Below, in pieces: positions 57,654-64,000 of a stretch of 64,000 nt of DNA. Source of the DNA: Rebecca billardiae RCC1528 (taxonomy: Eukaryota; Protista; Haptophyta); NCBI GenBank assembly GCA_965240325.2, contig OZ251222.1, forward strand, positions 1,426,001-1,490,000. The letters are read 5' to 3'. The translations under genes and the position numbers were made by a program. Position 1 is the stretch's first letter. The number at the start of each line of letters is the position of its first letter. The notes under the pieces are model-generated. The model saw only the letters and a list, made by a program, of their open reading frames with translations. It was not told the origin of the DNA and did not search any database.

Positions 57654-60600
57654 TCAACGCATCGGCGGTGTTCTCGCCATGCCAACGCTGCCGGCAGACA
57701 AGGGCGACGAGACCACCCCACCTGCACGGGCAGCCGAGGGAACGCCGACAGGCAGCGAATGTGCGGCAGCGATCGGCACAGGCTGCGCCCATGCGTCCTC
57801 CTTGGTGCGCAGACTCTGAGCCTGATACGACGACTGCGGTCGCTGCCCCGACGTCGGGGTACGGTGGAAGTGGGCCGTCGACGCCGTGTGCGGGCGCGTC
57901 TGCGCGAGCTGTGGCAAGCCATCGGCTGTGTACGGCCCGCGCGGCTGTGGCGACGCAACCGTGCGCTTCTCGGCGTCAGGCGTGCCAAGCACATGGAGCG
58001 AGACGTGCGGACCGCTGCGCCCTGTAGCTGCCCTCATCGCGGCGGATCTTGGCGCCGCCCCCTCGCGCCCGACTCCCGCCGTGCCCGCGCCGCCCGCCGT
58101 GCGGCCCGCAGCGGGCGGCGCGCCGTCGAGCATGAAGAGCCAGTCTGCACGCTCCTGCTGGTGCGCCTGCATCTGCATCGTGGCGAGCGCGCGGGCCAGG
58201 CGCTCGATCTCGTCGCGCGCGTACCCGGCACTCTCGGTCGCTTGCGCCGCGCGCGCCTGCGCCTGTGCGAGCTCGGATGCGAGCTGGTTGCGCTCGGCGA
58301 AGAGCACGGTGCGCTCGGACGCGACCTCGGCATTCAGGCTGTGCCACGCGCGCGAGAAGCCCGCTTCGCGCGCTCGCAGCGCCGAGCTGCTCTCCATCGA
58401 GTTGATGCGAGCGGCCTGCGCTTCGTCGCGTGCCGCATCGAGCTCGAGACGCGTCTCCTCGAGCGCGGTGCTCTCCGCGGCGAGCTCGCGCCGCGCCTTT
58501 GCGAGCGCGAGGTTGGTGTCCGCGTTGAGCGCAGTCTCCGCGTCCAGCCGGCCCTCCGTGCGCGTGAGTCTCTTCTCGCTGTCGCGCAGCGCGTCGCGCC
58601 ACAGGCCCTCCTCGGCGGAGCGGCGCGCCTCGGCGCGCACCAGCAGCTTGCCGCGCTGCGCCGACTGGCTCGCCTGCTGCCGGAGCATGTCGCTCTCCGC
58701 CTCGGCCGCGCGCGCGCGCGCCTCGCTCTTGGCGGCGGTCTGAACGGCCTCGAGCAGCTTCTCAGACGTCGCCCTGGCGGCCGCCTCGGCCTCGGCCACG
58801 CGCCTCTGGTGCTCCCTCGCCGCCTTGGTCGCCTTGACGAGCGAGGCGGCGAGGCCCTTGTCGGTCGCGACGTCGTACGGCAGCTCGCCCGCGGATCGCC
58901 ACCGCCGCAGCTCGGCGGGCGGCAGCTCCGCGCCGGCGGTGAGGCTCGGCGCCGAGGCTCTGCGCGCGCGCTCGTGCTCGCTCTCCGCGTGGCCGAGCGC
59001 GACGATCGGCGCCACGTCGATGTCGAGCATCTCGGCGACCTGCAGCACGATGCCCTCCAAGCGCGATTGCTGCTGCTTGAGCTGCTCGACACGCGGCGAG
59101 TCGGGTGCCTCGGGCTCCGCCTCCTCCAAGATCGCGCTGCTGCGTGTGCTCGCCCCGCGCGGCTCGGAGGGCAGCTCGACCATCTCGTCCAGAGACTTGC
59201 CCACATCGCCCACCACCACCGCCGAGCCGGCGACGCTCGGCCGAGCGGAGGGCATCGCCGCGCTCAGCCGTGCGGACGGCGTCGCGCTCGCGCGCGGCGT
59301 CCGCAGCATGGACGAGCGCGTGGACGAGCGCGGCTCGGCCGCACGGCCGTGGCGCAGCATCTCCTCCAGCTCGCGCACGCGCTCGCGCAGCAGCTTGAGC
59401 TCGAAGAGCAGCGCGGCGTCGGGGCCGTTGGCCGGGTCGACGCCCTTGGCGCGGCTCTTCTCCTCCGCCTTCTTTGCGGCCTTCTCCGCGCGCTCGAGCT
59501 GCGCCTGCGAGGCCTTGAGCCGGTCGCGCGCCTGCGGCGTCATCATGTCGGGCACGGGCAGGGCGCTCGAGAGCGCGCTGGCGTTGTGCGTCGCCTCGGC
59601 CGCCTCGAGCTCGGTCTCGGCGAGCGCCGCCTTGAGCGTGCTCGCCTCGAGCTGAGCGCGGTGCCGCAGCTGGCTGAGCTCGTCCTCGTACGCCTCCTCG
59701 CGCGCGGCGTGCTTCTCGGCGAGGGCGTCGAGCTCGCGGGTGTGCTGCTCCTCGAGCTCCGCGCGGATCGAGTCGAGCCGCGCCTGCGCCATCTTGAGCG
59801 CCTCGAGCACCTGCTCGTCCACCTCGATGCCCTGCTGGCGCAGCGCGCGCGAGAGCGTCGCCTGGCACGCGGCCGCGACGGCAGCCGCCTCCTTCTCCGC
59901 CCAGTCCTTGCCCCACGCGTTGCGCCAGGCGTCCTTGCGCTCGTTGAGGTGCGCCTCTGCGCGCTGCGCCTGCTGCTGCAGCTTCTGCTGGTGCTCGGCG
60001 CGCAGCTGCTTGACGAACATCTCGTTCGCCGTGCGCAGCTGCTGCATGCGCACGTCCGCCTCCTTCTCCGCCTGCGAGTAGCCGTCCAGGTAGCCCGCCT
60101 CGCGCGTGCACGCGGCCTCGTCGTCCGCCTCGCGCATCAGGATGGGCAGCTCGAGGCGGGCGCGTAGCTCCGCGCGCTCGACGTGCTCCACCTCGGCGCG
60201 CAGCGCGGTCACGTCCGTCGTGTACTTGTAGTCCGCCCGGATCTCGCGGCGCGCCGCCTCGACGCGCTCGATGTGCATCGCGCGCGCGTGCGAGGAGCGA
60301 GCGACCGCTCGCGTGATGCGGCTCTGGCGCAGGCGCTTCTCGTACTCGTCAACCGTGCGCGCAACCGCCGCCTTCTGCGCCTCCTCGGCCCGCTTGTCCG
60401 CCTCCTCCAGCGTCTTCTGGTGCTGCGCGTTCTTGACGGCGAGCGAGAACTGCAGCTCTTTCGAGTTGGCCGCCTCCGCCTCGTTGCGCTCCTGCTGCTT
60501 CTTCAGCTCCTCCTTCAGCTGGTCGCGCGTGCTGATCAGCCGGTTCACGTCGCGCTGCCACTGCGCCTCGCGCGCGGACATCTCCTTCACCTGCCGCAGC

Positions 60601-60821
60601 GCGGCGTCGCGCGCCTTGGTCACGCGGCTGAGCCGCCACGCGTGCGCGACCTGGTCGACTGCAAACTTCGCCTCCTCCTGCGAATGCGCGCCCGAGTCGT
60701 ACGATTGCTCGGCATCGGCCGGCACAGCTGAGGCGTCGCCGTCGGAGCCGACCGACGGCGCGCCGCCCGCGCCCTCCTCCTCCTCCCCCACCGCCCCGTC
60801 GTCGCCGCCGGACGAGGCCAT
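57654..60821 (-). CDS. Large coiled-coil protein of unknown function, about 1055 aa
   Basis: Uninterrupted 3.2-kb ORF, E/A/R/K/Q-rich heptads, host codon usage. ATG at 60821 (the ORF track starts at a non-ATG codon). Confidence 0.85.
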   Translation of the reverse strand: MASSGGDDGAVGEEEEGAGGAPSVGSDGDASAVPADAEQSYDSGAHSQEEAKFAVDQVAHAWRLSRVTKARDAALRQVKEMSAREAQWQRDVNRLISTRDQLKEELKKQQERNEAEAANSKELQFSLAVKNAQHQKTLEEADKRAEEAQKAAVARTVDEYEKRLRQSRITRAVARSSHARAMHIERVEAARREIRADYKYTTDVTALRAEVEHVERAELRARLELPILMREADDEAACTREAGYLDGYSQAEKEADVRMQQLRTANEMFVKQLRAEHQQKLQQQAQRAEAHLNERKDAWRNAWGKDWAEKEAAAVAAACQATLSRALRQQGIEVDEQVLEALKMAQARLDSIRAELEEQHTRELDALAEKHAAREEAYEDELSQLRHRAQLEASTLKAALAETELEAAEATHNASALSSALPVPDMMTPQARDRLKASQAQLERAEKAAKKAEEKSRAKGVDPANGPDAALLFELKLLRERVRELEEMLRHGRAAEPRSSTRSSMLRTPRASATPSARLSAAMPSARPSVAGSAVVVGDVGKSLDEMVELPSEPRGASTRSSAILEEAEPEAPDSPRVEQLKQQQSRLEGIVLQVAEMLDIDVAPIVALGHAESEHERARRASAPSLTAGAELPPAELRRWRSAGELPYDVATDKGLAASLVKATKAAREHQRRVAEAEAAARATSEKLLEAVQTAAKSEARARAAEAESDMLRQQASQSAQRGKLLVRAEARRSAEEGLWRDALRDSEKRLTRTEGRLDAETALNADTNLALAKARRELAAESTALEETRLELDAARDEAQAARINSMESSSALRAREAGFSRAWHSLNAEVASERTVLFAERNQLASELAQAQARAAQATESAGYARDEIERLARALATMQMQAHQQERADWLFMLDGAPPAAGRTAGGAGTAGVGREGAAPRSAAMRAATGRSGPHVSLHVLGTPDAEKRTVASPQPRGPYTADGLPQLAQTRPHTASTAHFHRTPTSGQRPQSSYQAQSLRTKEDAWAQPVPIAAAHSLPVGVPSAARAGGVVSSPLSAGSVGMARTPPMR

Positions 60822-60913
60822 CTCTGCTGCACGCGCAGGCGCAGCGTGGCAGGGTCCACCGCCGTGAGTGAAGATTGGGTGCATCAACGAACTTGTGGCC
60901 TCGTGTAACGACC

Positions 60914-63900
60914 GAGGGAGCACGGCCGAACTCGGACTCGTGTGAAGGTCCCTCCCACTGGGACCTTCACACGTCTCGAGGGACCTTCACACGTTCGACG
61001 AGTGAAGGTCCCTCCGCTGGCGCCGCCCGTTGGCGCTGGATGGGATGGCCGCGTGCGTGCGCGAGCGCCCGCCTCGCGTCGCGCGCCCCGCGCGCAGAGC
61101 GCGCGCTCGGCCGCGCGCGACGCGGCGGAGTCGAGGCTGACATACCCCTGGCCCACTTCGCGCCGCGCAACGCCGCCCACGCCCATCGCCGCTCGCACGC
61201 GCAGGCCTGCCGCGCACGGCTTGGGCTTTTCAGCACAGGCTGGCGGCGGCGCGCCGGGCCGAGGGCTCGGCCAGTGTTGTGCCCCTCGGCCAGGCCGAGA
61301 CTTGGCGGAGGCGCGGGTAGTGCCATCGCCTGCCCAGATCCCGGGCCTCACCGTCAGAGTGTGCACGCGAGGCGCGCTGTCGTGGTCGACAGGTGAGGCG
61401 CCGCGTGCTCGCCCTCGAGCGGGCAGCGGACATACCGGCAGGCGCGCGCGCACACAGCGGGGCTGTCGAGCTGCTTCCGGCTGGGTAGATCGACGGCGCA
61501 TGCCCTGGCCCTGGTCTGGGAGGCGTGCGCGGGTTCGGAGGCCGGTGAACGCTCGGCGCGGACCCACGTGTCTTGCCGGGCACGGTTGCGCGACAGCTCT
61601 GCAGCCAGTCTCGAGGCTGAGTGGCATCAGAGCGCTTGCCGGCGTGCTGGCGGGCTCAGCCGCCGGGCCGATGCCCACGCCTTGGCCGGGATGCGACCGG
61701 CCTCCGCGTCCTCCGCAGCCGCCTGGAGCCGTCGACCCGCTGCCCACGGCCCGCGGCCGGCAGGCCGCTTGGCGGATGGCCAGAGGAGCAGGCGGCCGAG
61801 CCGGCTGGGCGGCAGCGAGGGTGGTGGAGATGGAGGCGGGCTCGGCGGCGGAGGCGGCGGAGGCGGGCTTGATAGCGGGCTCGGCGGCGGCGAGGATGGC
61901 AGGTTCAGTGCTGGCGATGACGGTGGGCTTGGCGGTGAGCTCGGCGGTGGCTGACGTGGCAGACTTGGCGGTGGGATCGGCTGCCGGCGGCTTGGTGGCA
62001 GCGGAGGCGGCGGCGACGGGATCGAGCTCGGCGGCGTGGTCGGAGGCGGTGCTGATGGCGGCGATGATGGTAGCGGGCTTGTTGGCGGCGATGTAGGCAG
62101 CGACGGCTGCGGGCTCAGCGGCGGGCTTTGTGGCGGCGATGTAGGCGGTGATGACGGTGGTGGGCTCAGCGGCGGGGTCGGCAGCGGCGACGGCAGCGGC
62201 AGGCTCGAGGTGGGCTTGGTGGCGGTGATGGCGGCCGGGCTCGGCTATGGACTTTGCGGCGGTGGGCTCGGGGGCGGAGTCGGTGGCGGCGAAGGTGGCG
62301 AACCCAGCGCTAGGCTTGGCGCTGGGGTGGAGGAGATGGGCTTGGTTGTCCGTGGTGGGCTTGGTGGCGGCGATTTGGCGATGATGGCTGTGAGCGGCGG
62401 AGTGGCCATGAGCTCGGCAGAGGTGACGGTGGCTCGGGAACGGTGGCTGGCTCGGCGGCGGCTTCGGCGGCCGCGACGGAGACGGGCTGTGAGGCGGCTA
62501 GGGCGGTGGTGTGGGATGGGATTACTGCGTCACTGTTGCCCTCGGTCAGAGCTTGGCGGGGACACAGCGCGGCCAAGCTCCGGGCGTTGGCGCTGCCGCC
62601 AGGTCGGCCGCAGGCCACCCACTCGTCGGCAAAGCTTGGGCGGCAGCGATGCCCAGACATGAAGGAGGGCACTGCGGGATCGCTGCGTCACCTCGGGAAG
62701 GCTGAGTCCATGAGAGAGATGATCGGCACTGCCCCGTCTGGTGGAGTTCGATGAGCTGACTTAGACTACTTTTGCGACCGTAGGCTGCTGCTCGGCCTTG
62801 TCAGAGTCGACATCCGACCTAGCGCCAGCGCGGCGCAGTACGTATCGATTGAGTCATTGCGCGGACCAGCAGCATGAGACGTCATCGCGACTCGGAGTTC
62901 GTCACGTGCCACTCAACCGCGTCCGACCCGCCCCACTGCCACCTTGGGCAAGCGCCTGCAGACGATACGGCGGGCCAGCATCATAAGCTGCGCTCCTGCT
63001 GAGTGCTGGCTGATGATGACTGCGTCAGACGACTGCGCATTGCAGCCGCAGCCATACCGTACATACGCTCTCAGCGGGACTACGCGCGAGTTGTTCTGCC
63101 TTCTAGCGGTGCCGGCACGTGGCGCGACGATTCTGGCGTCATTATCACTTGACGACTCGACTGATCACGACGAGTGGCCCTTCTCAAGCAAGTGCAGCAG
63201 CATTAGAAGTATAGCCTACACTCGTCCGTCATCGTCTGGTTCCCCTGAGAAGTCTTCTGGAATGCATCAGCGACATGCTCCCGCAGCCTGGTCAGTGGTC
63301 CAAGCCAGTCACATCCGGCAGCCTGACATCATCCCACATGCCGCGTGGGCAGAGAGGCGCGCTATGCCCACGCGACTGGCTTCCTAGAAGCTGCCGTGAC
63401 GGAACGAGTGTCAGCAGTGGACCGCCGGCCGGTGCCGCGCGCCGCACCGCCGGGCCCAATGGCAACGAACACCCGGTGGCCGGCGGTGCGGCCCTAGGCT
63501 AGTGCGGCGGATCTATCGCGTATAGAACGACCGGCCGTGACGCGCTCTGCACCACGTACATTCGGACGCGGCAATGAGCAGCATGCACCACCGTCCGGCC
63601 GTCTCAGGTCGCTGTCGTCGGCAGCCAGCCGGTGCCGGGCACGGTGGCGCCGGGCGCTCGTAGCTGAAGGACCGCGATCAAGGATTGATTGCCAAGTCGT
63701 CAGCCGACGACTGGGAAGTTGAGCCTGATGCTGCCCGCTGCCGGTTCGCGGGACGAATGACGAGCAGCCTATGGCCCGTGAACCTGCGTCAGCTCCTAGA
63801 ACTCTTCCAGACGCGGTGAGGATATCCCTCACGAACTCAGCCCTCTCGCGCTGACGCAGCGCGTCTTGCGGCCTGCTGCGTGCCGCGAGCTATCGGACAG

Positions 63901-64000
63901 CGCGGCCCGCCGGCCGCGGGCCTTGGGCGGCGGGTCGACGGCTCCAGGCGGCTGCGGAGGACGCGGAGGCCGGTCGCATCCCGGCCAAGGCGTGGGCATC
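60914..64000. mobile_element. Large foldback element running off the window end
   Basis: 63902-64000 is the reverse complement of about 61670-61768. The putative left end GAGGGAG is followed by four GTGAAGGTCCC motifs in both orientations (60941-61011). The left boundary is inferred. Confidence 0.65.

Overview
Very GC-rich eukaryotic nuclear DNA with short GT-AG introns. A plastid protein with a bipartite leader points to an alga with a secondary plastid; a haptophyte of Pavlovales type is my inference, not proven. Positions 0.7-13.9 kb hold a four-copy tandem array (unit about 3.5 kb) of a spliced, sensor-less hybrid histidine-kinase-like gene with a degenerate kinase core and an intact receiver domain. 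The rest carries about 14 host genes: CEP70-like, metallophosphoesterase, Med11-like, CGL160/Atp1-like, oligopeptidase B, a GDP-fucose-type glycosyltransferase, a sterol-glycosyltransferase/FkbM-methyltransferase fusion, a galactokinase with a predicted tail anchor, glycolipid transfer protein, TRM7, mS23, GSKIP-like, a sulfotransferase and a large coiled-coil protein. Between them lie many non-autonomous DNA transposons: long foldback elements with clear target-site duplications (TSDs; one nested pair), TA-flanked terminal-inverted-repeat (TIR) elements (one bracketing the fucosyltransferase gene), and a 95/98-bp satellite. The best novelty candidates are the GT-FkbM fusion with its glycosylation neighbourhood, the amplified pseudokinase-receiver, and the foldback and gene-carrying elements. 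No rRNA, tRNA or CRISPR was seen. All protein calls rest on motif recognition by eye; no searches were run.
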